A stretch of DNA of 64,000 nucleotides from an uncultured Candidatus Rokubacteria bacterium (lineage in GTDB: Bacteria; Methylomirabilota; Methylomirabilia; Rokubacteriales; CSP1-6), in NCBI GenBank assembly GCA_963789955.1, contig CAWBMV010000036.1, positions 64,001-128,000 of the forward strand. The letters are read 5' to 3'. A program made the translations under genes and the position numbers. Below the pieces are notes generated by a model that ran no database searches, was not told where the DNA came from, and saw only the letters and a list, made by a program, of their open reading frames with translations. Of the stretch, positions 8,945 through 19,161 are shown piece by piece. The number at the start of each line of letters is the position of its first letter. Positions within the stretch are counted from its first letter, which is position 1.

Positions 8945-10320
8945 CGCCCGCCCGATCCGATCGGAGCACCTCGGCCGGCACGCGGTCAGCGAGATCGCGC
9001 AGCTCGACGGCGAGTGCGCGGCGCTCGTCGAGCAGCCGCTGGTGGAGCGCCCGGTCGCCGAGGAACCACAGGAAGGCGCGCGCCTGTCGCACGACGCGGC
9101 CGAGCCGTTCACGCCAGGCCAGCGCGAGCAAACCGGACGGCACGATCAGCAGGATGAACAGCAACAGCGCGCCGCGGCCCGCGAGCCGCCAGACGAGCCA
9201 GCCCTCGATGCACCAGAGCAGGGGATGGATCACGAAGCCGACGGCCATCTTGTCCGTCGCTTCCTCCTCGGACGTTCGCCCGAGCCGCCCCACGATCCGC
9301 CCGGTGAGCCAGTACGGCGCGGCGTGACTGACGATCCCCCAGCACGCCAGCGGCAGTCCGAGCGCGAGCCACAGCACGTTGGTGAGGACGTAGGAGATCA
9401 CGAGGCCGGATGTATAGGGCTGCCCGAGCTGGGCACTGGTGATGCCGACCTCGTCGAGGTGGCTACGGTAGAGCTCGATGCGGTGCCGCACCTCGGCGAC
9501 GCGGTGTGGCTCGCGAACGGCGAGATACCGTCCCGCGCGCATGACCTGTTGCTTCCACGCCAGCGACTGCTCCGCATCCGAGGGCTTGGACTCGCCCCGG
9601 CGCGCCGCCTCTTCCCACCATGCGCGCTCGAGCACGGCGAGGAGCTCGAGCGAGTACTGGTCCTGGGCCTCGACGATCTGGGCGCCGATGGCGTCCCTCA
9701 GTCGCGCGGTGATGGCGCGCACCGCTTCTTCGGGCTGATCGCGATGAGCGGCGATGAGATCGGTGGTGATGACCGGAGCGCCGATCGTGACCTGGACGGA
9801 CGCGGACCGAAACGTTCCCGGGTCGTGGAAGACCATGCCGACGGGCATGGAGCGTCACGCGGGCCGAGTCGCCCATGGCGCGCTCGGCCCCGAGGACGAG
9901 CCGCGCCGCGCCGGTCCGCAACGGCAGCAGGACCGGCTGAGGCTGCGTGGTGCCCTCGGGAAAGATCAGGATGATGCCGCCCGCGCGCAGCGCCTCGATC
10001 GCCGCGGCGAACATCTCGTCGTTCTTCCGCGGATCGTCCCCGGCCTCGACGCGCCGGTGGACGGGCACGCCGCCGAGCAGACGCAACGGAGGACCGATCA
10101 GCGGGTGACGAAAGAGCGGTGCCTTGGCGAGCACCGTGATCGCGCGAGGGACGGTCGCGATGATCAGCATCGCGTCGACGAGCGAATTGTGGTGGTTGGC
10201 GGTGATGATGACCCCGCCGCTCTCGGGGATCCGCTCCTGGCCGACCACGTCGATCCGCCGGTAGAAGAGCCACAAGAGCAGCCGGATCAGCGCCCGGGTG
10301 ATCCGGTAGGCCGGGCTCCC
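8934..10320 (-). CDS. lysophospholipid / glycerol-3-phosphate acyltransferase (PlsC-like) with C-terminal membrane domain (frameshift near 9850; start uncertain)
   Basis: NHHNSLVD (HX4D), FPEGT, LRTGAAR motifs; hydrophobic C-terminal region. Confidence 0.88.
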
Positions 10321-10334
10321 GCGACCCGATCTAT

Positions 10335-10995
10335 CTAGTGGCGCGATAGCGCCCGCGCCGCGCCGAGGATCGTCTCCTCCGGCGGAAACTTTCCGACGCC
10401 CGCGAAGCCCTCAGTGGCGCATTCGATGTTCGCCCAGCGAACGATGCCGTCGCGGTCGATCAGGAACTGCCCCTTGAGCTGAGGCCACTGGCGCTCCATG
10501 TCGGTCTGGTCGGTCTGCGTCCCGGCGTAGCCGTCGAGCTCGAGCGACCGCCGTCGCGGCCTCGACGACCGGCAGCGGCGCCGGCAGCTCGCCGGTGGGA
10601 TTGATGCGCGTCGAGGCCAGCGCCTCCATGAACTCCGGACTCACGGGCGGCCGCGGCACGCCGTACGCGCGGTGCGTCGAGAGCTCCGGGTCCGACGCGA
10701 GCCGCACGCGGGTCGGGCGGAACTTGAAGTAGAGCCGGGCGTTCTCGGGTGGCGTCGCCACCACCGCGAGACTCTCGACGCCGAGCGCCTTCAGCTTGCC
10801 CTCGATCGTCCCGATCTGGGCGATCTGCCGGCGGCAGAACGGACACCACAATCCGACCATCAACGCCAGGAACACCGGGCTCCGTCCGCGGTAGTCGGCC
10901 AGCGAAACGTTCTCGTTCCGGTCGACGGCGGGCAAGGTGAAATCGGGCGCCGGCTCTCCGGGTGCGACCGGCGGCCGCGCTTCAGGCATCGTCAT
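10335..10995 (-). CDS. peroxiredoxin-like AhpC/TSA redoxin (frameshifted near 10545)
   Basis: APDFTLP, GLWCPFCRRQ, GQFLIDRDGIVRWANIEC; TAG at 10335. Confidence 0.85.
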
Positions 10996-11038
10996 TGGCG
11001 AGCTCCTTCGTGTAACGACGGTAACAAAGCGACGGGTC

Positions 11039-14000
11039 TCAGCAAAGGAACGGAAGCACCATGAGCGTGTCGGGCTCGACTCCGGCTCGCTCGCACACCT
11101 GCCTGCGCCTTCGCCAGGTACGACTCGGCGAGCTCCTGGTTGCCGGCGTCGAGGTGCAAGGTGGCCAGGCCATCGTAGCAGGGGAACAGGAGCTGGGGCT
11201 CGCCGACTTGTTCGGCGAGGCCGAGCGCTTCCTGGTACGACGCGAATGCCTCGGCGTGGTCGCCGTGACACTGGTGGATCTGGCCGAGCACGATCAGCGG
11301 CACCGCCAGATGATCGATCAATCCCAGCCGTCGATCGAGATCGATGGCGGCTCGGGCGGCCTCGACACCTTCGGCCTCACACTGATCCGTCAGGGCGCAG
11401 TAGGCCACCGCGAGATTCGCGTAGAGCCGTGACTGAAAGCCGAGATCGCCCACTTTCTTGGCGGTCTCGAGCCCCTTGAGACACGTCTCGATGCTGCGGC
11501 GCGGGTCGAGCGAGCTGTAGAGCACTCCAAGATTCGTATACCCGCGGCAGGCGTCCTGCAACAGATTGCGCGCCTCCGCCAGGCCGATGCTCTGCTCGAT
11601 CTGCGCGACGGCCTCGGTGAGGCGCCCGGTCCTCGCGAGCGCGACACCGAGGGTGTTGTAGGCCTGCGCGCGCATGGCCGCGGCCTCACGAGCGCGCGCG
11701 CCGTCGGTGGCCGTTTCCTGCTCGTTCGCCACCTCCGCGAGGGCCCGCTCGGCCCACTCGATGGCTCCGGCGTTGTCGCCCGCCCGGAACGCGAGCCGGC
11801 CCATCTCCTGGAACAGGTGCGCGCGCTCGAGCGGGTCGCCATCACTGCCCAGGCGTTCGAGGCCCGCGGCGAAGCAGGCGCCGGCGCGCTCGCGGTCACC
11901 GGCCTCCCAGTGCAGGCCGCCGATCTTCCGATGCAGGCGCGCGCCGGCCGCGCGATCCTCGCAGGCCTCGAGCTCCTGCCGCACCGATTCGTAGTGCGCG
12001 AGCGCCTCGGCCCGCCGTCCGATGAGCCCCAGCAGATCGGCGAGGCGCTCGCGGGCCGCGCGCGTCTCGACCTCGCAGAGCTCGCACTCGGCGAGGGTGC
12101 GAAGCGCGCGCTCGTAGTGGCGAATCGCGTCGTCGTTGGCGTACACGCCTCGCGCCCAGTCGCCGGCGGCCAGGAGATAGCGCGCTCCGCGCGGCTTGTC
12201 GGCGCTGAGGCTCCAGTGATGGCCGAGCGCTTCCAGGTCGCTGAGCCGTTCGGGGTGCGGGCCGGCGAGCCGCTCGAGCGCGCGCCCGGCCGTCTCGTGC
12301 AGCTCGGTGCGGCGCGCGAGCAGCAGATTCTGGTAGACGACCTCGTGGGTGAGCGCGTGCGTGAAGCGGTAGCGCGCGCCATCGCGGCCGGATCCGGCCG
12401 ACTGGATCACATCGGCCTCGACGAGGCGGTCGAGGGCGACATGGGCCGTCGCCGCGTCGCTCGCCACCGCCCGCAGGAGCGATTCGTCGAACTCCGCGCC
12501 GAGCACGGCGGCCTCCTGAAGCAGGCGGCGCGCGTCGGCCGGAAGTCGATCGACCCGCGAGAGCAGCAAGCCCTGCAGGGTCGGAGGGACGTCGACCGCC
12601 TCGTAGGCCGCCGTGCTCGCCCAGTGCTCGCCCGTGCGGACGAGCACGCCCTTGCCCACCAGGCTCCGGACGACCTCTTCGACGAAGAGCGGATTGCCGC
12701 TGGCGCGCGTCGCGACGAAGTCCTGGAGCGGACCCAGCTGGTCGCCGCCTGCCGCGCCGAAGAGGCCGACCACCAGCGCCCGGGTCTCGTCACGAGAAAG
12801 CGGGTGGACGCGGATGACCGTCTGCGCGGCGCGGGTCACCTGCGGCGGCGTGCGCCTCGGGCCGGTGCGAGAGCAGCACCATCAGCGGCTTGTCCGCGAG
12901 GTGGTCGACCACGTTCCGGAGCAGGTCGATCGAGGCGTTGTCGGCCCAGTGGAGATCGTCGACGACGATCATCAAGGGTCGTGCTGGACGCGCCGTTCGA
13001 TCAGGGCGCGGGCCGCCAGGGCGATCTGGCGCTGCAGCTGCTCGGGCTCGACGTCGCTCGGCTTGGCGTCCTCCACGCCGAGCATGTAGCTCAGCACGGG
13101 GGCGATCGCTTCGGCCTCGTCCGACCGCGGCGCCGAGCGCCAGGAGGCCGTCGATCAGCTTGCGCCGGGCGACGTCGAGCGAGTCGGCCTGGTCGACCTT
13201 GTACGCGTCGCGAAAGAGCGCCCCGAAGATGCCGTAGGTCGGCTCGCCCAAGGACGAGCACGTCGCGCGTCTGACGACGGTACCTGCGAGCCGGCCTTCG
13301 GCCTCGAGCGTCGAGAAGAACTCGGCGATGAGGCGCGACTTGCCGGTCCCGGCTTCGCCGACCAGGCTGACCAGCTGGGCCCGGCCGCGCTGCATGCGGT
13401 CGAACGCGCTCTTGAGCTGGTCGAGCTCGTCCGCGCGGCCGACAAGCGGCGCCCCGAGCCCCAGCGCGGCGAGCCCGCGCCCGGATCTGGGCTCGGCCAT
13501 GGCGCCGAGGAGGCGATGGACGACGACGGGCTCGGACTTGCCGCGAAGCGAGATCTCTCCGCCGGGCTCGAACGCGAAGCGATGCCGCGTCAGCGCGTAG
13601 GTCGCCTCGGACACCAGAATCGTGCCGGGCGCCGCGGCGGCCAGGAGGCGCGCGGTCGTGTTCACGGTGTCGCCGGTCACGGCATACGCGGCGCCGGCCG
13701 CGGCGCCGAGGCTGCCGGCGACGACCGGACCGCTGTGGACGCCGATGTGGAGCGTCACGCGCTGGCCGAGTCGCGCGGCCCAGCGATCAGCGAGCCCGGC
13801 GGCGCGCTCGAGCATGTCGAGCGACGCGTCGAGGGCGCGCTGCGGGTCGTCTTCGTGCGCGACCGGCGCGCCGAAGACGGCCATCACCGCGTCGCCCACG
13901 AATTTCTCGACGAATCCGTCGAAGCGCTCGATCGCCTGCGCCAGCGTCTCGAACAGCGCGTTCTGAAACGCGCGGACCTCTTCGGGGTCGAGCCGCTCCG

Positions 14001-14284
14001 ACAGCGAGGTGAACCCGGAAAGGTCCGCGAAGAGGACGGTCACCTGCCTCCGGTCGGCTTCACGCTCGTCCGCCGCCACCCCGGTGCCGGAGCTGCGGGT
14101 GCCGCGGGACGCCCTTGTTCGCCGCGGCGGCCGAGCCGCGCGACGCGCCACAGCGGGGGCAGAACGCGAAGTCGGCCTCGAGCGACGACCCGCAGGCGGC
14201 ACAGGGCGTCGGCTGGCGCCGCCCGCAGCGCGGGCAAAACGCGAAGTCCGGAGAAGTTTCGAGGCCGCAGCCGGCGCACGCCAT
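11039..14284 (-). CDS. double zinc ribbon - adenylate/guanylate cyclase - AAA ATPase - TPR protein (several frameshifts)
   Basis: CAGC/FCPRCG ribbons, VLFADLSGFT, KFVGDAVMA, GDTVNTTARL, GEAGTGKSRL (Walker A), DDLHWAD, GNPLFVEE, TPR helices; probable end LMVLPFLC* at 11039. Confidence 0.9.
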
Positions 14285-14399
14285 CGTATCGACTAGTCTA
14301 ACCGGCAACACCTGGGATCCTTGACCCTACTTGTTCGGTGGGCTTACGCTCGGTTCTCGATCATCTCGACCGACCACGCCCGATCTTGGAGGCGATGCG

Positions 14400-15956
14400 A
14401 TGACCCAACGCAGACGAACGATCACGGCCGGCGCGCTTGCGCTGGCGCTATGCGCGTGGACCCCCGCGATCCTGGCCCCCGAAGCGCGTGCCGAGGCGCC
14501 GGCGGGCCAGATCACCTGGGCGTTGCACTTCACACTGGCGCCGACGCTCTTCGAGCCGGCCGAGACGCCCGGGCTCATCACGCCGTTCATGATGCTCTAC
14601 GCGCTTCACGACGCGATGCTCAAGCCCATGCCCGGCAAGAGCATGGCTCCGAGCCTGGCCGAGTCGTGGAGCATGTCGCCCGACGGGCTCGTCTACGAGT
14701 TCGTGCTGCGCAAGGGCGTGCGCTTCCACAATGGCGAGCCGGTCACCGCCGAGGACGTGAAGTTCTCGTTCGAGCGCTATCGCGGCATCTCGGCGAAGAC
14801 TCTCAAGGACAGGGTGGCGGCGGTGGAGACGCCGGACCCCACCCGCGTGCGCTTCAAGCTCAAGCAGCCGTGGCCCGACTTCATGACCTTCTACGGCACG
14901 CCGGCCACCGGTGCGGGCTGGATCGTGCCCAAGAAATACGTCGAGAAGGTCGGCGAGGAGGGCTTCAAGAAGCACCCGATCGGGGCCGGGCCGTATCGCT
15001 TCGTCTCGTTCACGCCAGGCGTCGAGCTCGTGCTCGAGGCCTTCGAGGGCTACTGGCGCAAGACGCCGAGCGTGAAGCAGCTCTCGTTCAAGGTGGTCAC
15101 GGAGATCTCGACCCGGCTGGCGATGCTCAAGCGGGGCGAAGCCGATATAGCCTATGCCATGACCGGGCCGCTCGGTGAGGAAGTGCGGCGTACGCCCGGG
15201 CTCACGCTGCATCCGACGCCGTTCTCGAGCACGCACTGGCTCGTCTTCGCCGACCAGTGGGACGCGAGCTCGCCGTGGCACGACCGGCGCGTGCGCCTGG
15301 CCGCCACCTATGCCGTCGATCGTCCGGCGATCAACCAGGCGGAGACCCTGGGGTTCTCGAAGATCACCGGCAGCTTCATCCCGACCAGCTTCGAATTCTA
15401 CTGGCAGCCACCGATCTATCCATACGATCCGGCCAAGGCGCGACAGCTTCTCGCGGAGGCCGGATACCCCAAGGGCTTCGATGCCGGCGATTTCTGGTGT
15501 GACGCCGGCGGCACCAACTACTGCGAGCCCGTGCTCAACTATCTGCAGGCCGCCGGGATCCGGTCGAAGCTCCGCCCGCTCGAGCGCGCGGCGTTCCTGA
15601 AGGCGTATCAGGAAAAGAAGCTGAAGAACCTCATCTACGGCTTGAGCGGTGTCTCCGGCAACGCGGCGACGCGGCTCGAGGCGTTCACGGTCTCGACCGG
15701 CTCGTACGCGTACGGCGGCTATCCCGACATCGACGGACTGTTCAGAGAGCAGGCGACCGAGCTCGACTCGAAGAAGCGCGAGGCCATCCTGCACCGGATC
15801 CAGCAGCTGATCCACGAGAAGGTCATGTACCTGCCGATCTGGCAGCTCGCCCTGCTGCAGGCCTCCGGCCCGCGCATCGCCGAATCCGGGTTCGGTCTCA
15901 TCACCGACTATCCGTGGTCGGCGCCCTACGAGGACGTGAAGCTCAAAGGTAAGTAG
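14400..15956 (+). CDS. ABC transporter substrate-binding protein, family 5 (peptide/nickel), orphan
   Basis: PSLAESW..DGLVYEF.LRKGVRFHNG.PVTAEDVKFS, PIGAGPY, AKARQLLAEAGY. Confidence 0.93.
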   Translation: MTQRRRTITAGALALALCAWTPAILAPEARAEAPAGQITWALHFTLAPTLFEPAETPGLITPFMMLYALHDAMLKPMPGKSMAPSLAESWSMSPDGLVYEFVLRKGVRFHNGEPVTAEDVKFSFERYRGISAKTLKDRVAAVETPDPTRVRFKLKQPWPDFMTFYGTPATGAGWIVPKKYVEKVGEEGFKKHPIGAGPYRFVSFTPGVELVLEAFEGYWRKTPSVKQLSFKVVTEISTRLAMLKRGEADIAYAMTGPLGEEVRRTPGLTLHPTPFSSTHWLVFADQWDASSPWHDRRVRLAATYAVDRPAINQAETLGFSKITGSFIPTSFEFYWQPPIYPYDPAKARQLLAEAGYPKGFDAGDFWCDAGGTNYCEPVLNYLQAAGIRSKLRPLERAAFLKAYQEKKLKNLIYGLSGVSGNAATRLEAFTVSTGSYAYGGYPDIDGLFREQATELDSKKREAILHRIQQLIHEKVMYLPIWQLALLQASGPRIAESGFGLITDYPWSAPYEDVKLKGK

Positions 15957-16056
15957 GACACTCTGGGCGGCCCTGCGCTTCCTCGGAACGTCATCGTGAC
16001 GCTCTCCGACGACGCCCGCGCGACGTCGCTTATCACGGCCGGGCGCGCGGTTGCTG

Positions 16057-17244
16057 TCACGATACTGCACGCCCCCGAAGGCCCAGGAGCGCACTGACCA
16101 GGAGTAGCGCCAGGACGACATTGCGGACGACGACGAGCAGAGCGGCCGGCGCGCCGGCTATGACCAGATCGTAGTAGGACCAGAAAACCATCGTGAGGAG
16201 CACTGCGAGCGCCGCCATTCCGACCGACCGCCGGTCGCCCTCGGCCCAGGCGATCCCCGCGGCTGGCGTGAGCCAGATGACGTATTGAGCCGAGAGAAGA
16301 GCTGACAACAGGAGCAGGGCAGCAACTGCCGCCAGCCAACCGGAGCCTGGCCGGTTCGTTCGGAACCCGCGCCAACTGCTCCAGAGACACATCGGCGCCG
16401 CGGCCAGAAACATCGCGATGCTGACGGCTCCGGTCGTTGTCCCGATACGCCATGCACCGCTCTCGAGTCGCAACGTCTCCGAGCCGCGAAGATGAATCAA
16501 GCTGCCGACCACGCTTTCGATCTGCCATCCCTGGGCGCCTCGAAACGTGAGCACCTGCATCAGGCTGTTCGCGCCAGCGAGCCACGCTGCGGCGCCGGCG
16601 AGGACACCTGCCACCACGGCGAACGCGGCGAGTGGCGTCAAACCGACCGGAATGCGCCGATCGATCTGCGTCCGCGCCGGGCCGAAGGCCCCTGCTTCGG
16701 ATCGTCCACCGCCCTGGAGTATGAGCGGCGTGAGGACCAGCGGCCACAACTTGAAGGCGCTGCCGACGGCGAGCGCGGCGCCGGATCCGCCCGGGCGGCC
16801 GCGCCGCCACGACGCCACGGCGAGGGTTGCCGCGGCCGTCGACCACGCGTCGACGCGGTTGAAGAACAGTCCCAGGACCGGGACGAGGATCACCGCATAG
16901 CAGGCGGCGGCCTCGACGCCCCATCCCCGGATCAGCGCGGCGACAATCAGCGCGTCGCCCAGAGCATTCAGAGCGACGACGCCGTAACCGAATGTGTCGC
17001 GGCCTCCGAGACCGGCCAGCAGTTTGAACACGAGGAGTGTGTCGATCGGATGTTCGACCTGATAGTCCACGTACGGCCGGCCCGGGGTGCTGGCGATTGC
17101 GTAGTAGCGGTTGAAGTCGTCGCGCTTCTCGGGACTGTTGATGAACGAGCGGATGCCGATCGCGGCGTGGACGACGAGCGCGATCACCAGTATCGCGGAG
17201 CTGAGTGCGGGCGTGATTGCCTTGTTCGCATTCGTCACGGACAC
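16057..17244 (-). CDS. GT-C fold membrane glycosyltransferase (GT87/DUF2029-like)
   Basis: D..RYY..PYVDYQVEHP, NRVD, FKLWP, RG..QIES, LSAQYVIWL; polytopic membrane protein. Confidence 0.75.
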   Translation of the reverse strand: MSVTNANKAITPALSSAILVIALVVHAAIGIRSFINSPEKRDDFNRYYAIASTPGRPYVDYQVEHPIDTLLVFKLLAGLGGRDTFGYGVVALNALGDALIVAALIRGWGVEAAACYAVILVPVLGLFFNRVDAWSTAAATLAVASWRRGRPGGSGAALAVGSAFKLWPLVLTPLILQGGGRSEAGAFGPARTQIDRRIPVGLTPLAAFAVVAGVLAGAAAWLAGANSLMQVLTFRGAQGWQIESVVGSLIHLRGSETLRLESGAWRIGTTTGAVSIAMFLAAAPMCLWSSWRGFRTNRPGSGWLAAVAALLLLSALLSAQYVIWLTPAAGIAWAEGDRRSVGMAALAVLLTMVFWSYYDLVIAGAPAALLVVVRNVVLALLLVSALLGLRGRAVS

Positions 17245-17394
17245 GTGCGCCTACTGTGTCATGCGGCCGATCAAGATCGGCTTCAGGTGCATGGCCCGAT
17301 TATACTTTCCCGCGCGTCACGGACGGACTCCGCGCTCGCGGGTCTACTTCCCGATTTTGGCGAGGTTTACGAAAGCCGAGCACGACGTCACGCG

Positions 17395-17520
17395 ATGGTC
17401 ATGCGCTACGCGCACCTGGCGCCCGAACACCTCGGTACGGTCGTCGCCCGCCTCGACGCCGCGCTGACCCTCGCGAATCCGGCGCAAGCTTCGGCGCATG
17501 AGCCAGTTCGTGTATCGTAA
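17395..17520 (+). pseudogene. tyrosine recombinase/integrase C-terminal remnant
   Basis: MVMRYAHLAPEHL matches the catalytic-Tyr helix of phage integrases; no upstream integrase body seen. Confidence 0.7.
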
Positions 17521-17529
17521 CTACCTGAC

Positions 17530-17606
17530 GCGCCTGTAGCTCAGTTGGATAGAGCATCGGACTTCTAATCCGAGGGTCGCAGGTTCGACTCCTGCCAGGC
17601 GCACCA
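17530..17606 (+). tRNA. tRNA-Arg(TCT)
   Basis: Cloverleaf; anticodon arm TCGGA-CT-TCT-AA-TCCGA; encoded CCA. Confidence 0.97.
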
Positions 17607-17615
17607 CGCAAAATC

Positions 17616-18909
17616 GGTCCATTCCGGACACACGGGTAACAGTTCATTCCGGGGACATGGGTAACACTTTCGGGCCGAACGGGTTGTCGATCGGTTCGAG
17701 TCGGCACGTCTCATCGTCGAAGTAGCCCAAATCGTAGTGCATGAAGGTCACGAGCCAGATGCGCTCGGCGACCTGCGTCACGCCGACGTTCTGGCCGGCG
17801 AAAACGCGGCTGAGATTTACCTTTCGGCGTTTGAAGCAGATCCGGCCACACCGGGTGACGCTGATCGTGTGGTCGTGAAAGGGATAGGTGAGCTCTTGAA
17901 GTCCCCGGTAGACGCGCGGCGATCGCGCGTAGACGTCGGCGGGAACTTTCATCCCTAAAGCCTGGTGCGGCCGTGCGTGGTTATAGCGTTCGACGAAGGC
18001 GTCGAACCGGGCCTGCGGCTGGAGCACGTTGGCGGCGACGGGCTTGGTGGCTTCGGTCTTCAGCGTGAGATGCATGCGTTCGTGCCGGCCGTTTTGCTGG
18101 GGATGACCGGGTTGGATGCGCTCGATGTGGATCCCAAGACGGAGCCACCAGACGGAGAGTTTGCTGAGGCCATAAAGCGCGTGGGCGGAGGCAAAGGGCA
18201 CGCCGTTGTCGGTGCGAATGGTTTGCGGGAGACCAAATTCCTTGAAGGTGCGCTCGAAGACGGTGAAGGCGAACTTTTCCTGCGTTGTTGACAGCGCCTC
18301 ACAAGTGAGGAGGTAGCGGCTCGCGAAGTCGGTGATGGTGAGAGGGTAGCAGTAGCGGCGGTCGCCGAGCATGAATTCGCCTTTGTAGTCGGCGCACCAG
18401 AGCGCGTTCGGGTCGGTCGGGCGAGATAGCTCGGTGCCGCGGGCGGGGTGGCGCCGACGGCGGCGACGTTTGACGAGGCCGTGGCGGTCGAGAACGGCAT
18501 GGACGGTACTGATCGCGGGCAGGTGCGACCCCGCCGATTGCTGGCGGAGCTTCTCGCGGATCTTGGGCGCGCCCCAGCCGGGATACTCGCGCTTGAGGCG
18601 GACGATGATCGCCTCGATCTGGGCCGGGAGGCGGTTCGCCTGGCGGAAGGGCCGGCGGCTGCGGTCGGTCAGCGCCTCGAGGCCGCAATCTTTGTAGCGG
18701 TCGAAGATCTTGTAGCCGGTCTTGCGGGAGATGCCGAACTCGGCGCACAGAGGCGCCATCTTCTCGCCCTCGAGTAGGCGGGCGACAAATCGGAGCCGTT
18801 CGTCCATGACGTGACACTCCTTCCAAGGCATGCCCTCCTCCTCCGAAGAGAGCAAGAAGTGTCACCCATGTGTCCGGAATACTCTGTTACCTATCTCGCA
18901 GGAAGGACA
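17616..18909 (-). mobile_element. IS481-family insertion sequence
   Basis: Transposase plus two 21-bp subterminal repeats at each end (17621-17641, 17646-17666; inverted 18860-18880, 18885-18905); right end finishes with ACA. Confidence 0.9.
17644..18831 (-). CDS. IS481-family DDE transposase
   Basis: MPWKEC..FGISRKTGYK HTH; WCADYKG, IRTDNG, QQNGRHERMH (DDE triad intact). Confidence 0.95.
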   Translation of the reverse strand: MPWKECHVMDERLRFVARLLEGEKMAPLCAEFGISRKTGYKIFDRYKDCGLEALTDRSRRPFRQANRLPAQIEAIIVRLKREYPGWGAPKIREKLRQQSAGSHLPAISTVHAVLDRHGLVKRRRRRRHPARGTELSRPTDPNALWCADYKGEFMLGDRRYCYPLTITDFASRYLLTCEALSTTQEKFAFTVFERTFKEFGLPQTIRTDNGVPFASAHALYGLSKLSVWWLRLGIHIERIQPGHPQQNGRHERMHLTLKTEATKPVAANVLQPQARFDAFVERYNHARPHQALGMKVPADVYARSPRVYRGLQELTYPFHDHTISVTRCGRICFKRRKVNLSRVFAGQNVGVTQVAERIWLVTFMHYDLGYFDDETCRLEPIDNPFGPKVLPMSPE

Positions 18910-19161
18910 CTGCGTAGCAGGCGCTGTCGCTGGCGATATCGTAGTGATCTCGGTAAACGGACGTACGACAACCGTGCCACAACTCGGTATTGCCGCTGGG
19001 CTGGGATGTGCAGGTGGCGCTACAGTCGCAGTTGGTGTTGGCGTGGTCGCCGGCCAGTGAGTCGGTGGATAGCAAACCTCGTCACACCTTGCCTCTTCTT
19101 CGCATCGCCACAACGCAACCGCACGGTTGCGCGCGGGCTCTCCAATGGACGAACGACGAAG

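Noticed and set aside
10335..10995. Selenocysteine or programmed frameshifting in the redoxin and other split genes
   Set aside because: The redoxin CxxC uses ordinary Cys codons, and the frame breaks show no consistent slippery sites; assembly error is simpler.
14448..16121. Long antisense and alternate-frame ORFs (for example 14448-16121, 11817-13274, 47704-49686, 40888-42618)
   Set aside because: Shadow ORFs expected in high-GC DNA; Arg/Ala/Pro-rich with no recognisable motifs.
18910..19113. Pro/Thr-rich ORF running into the IS481 end
   Set aside because: It may be a gene fragment cut by the IS, but there is no recognisable motif or start to support a call.
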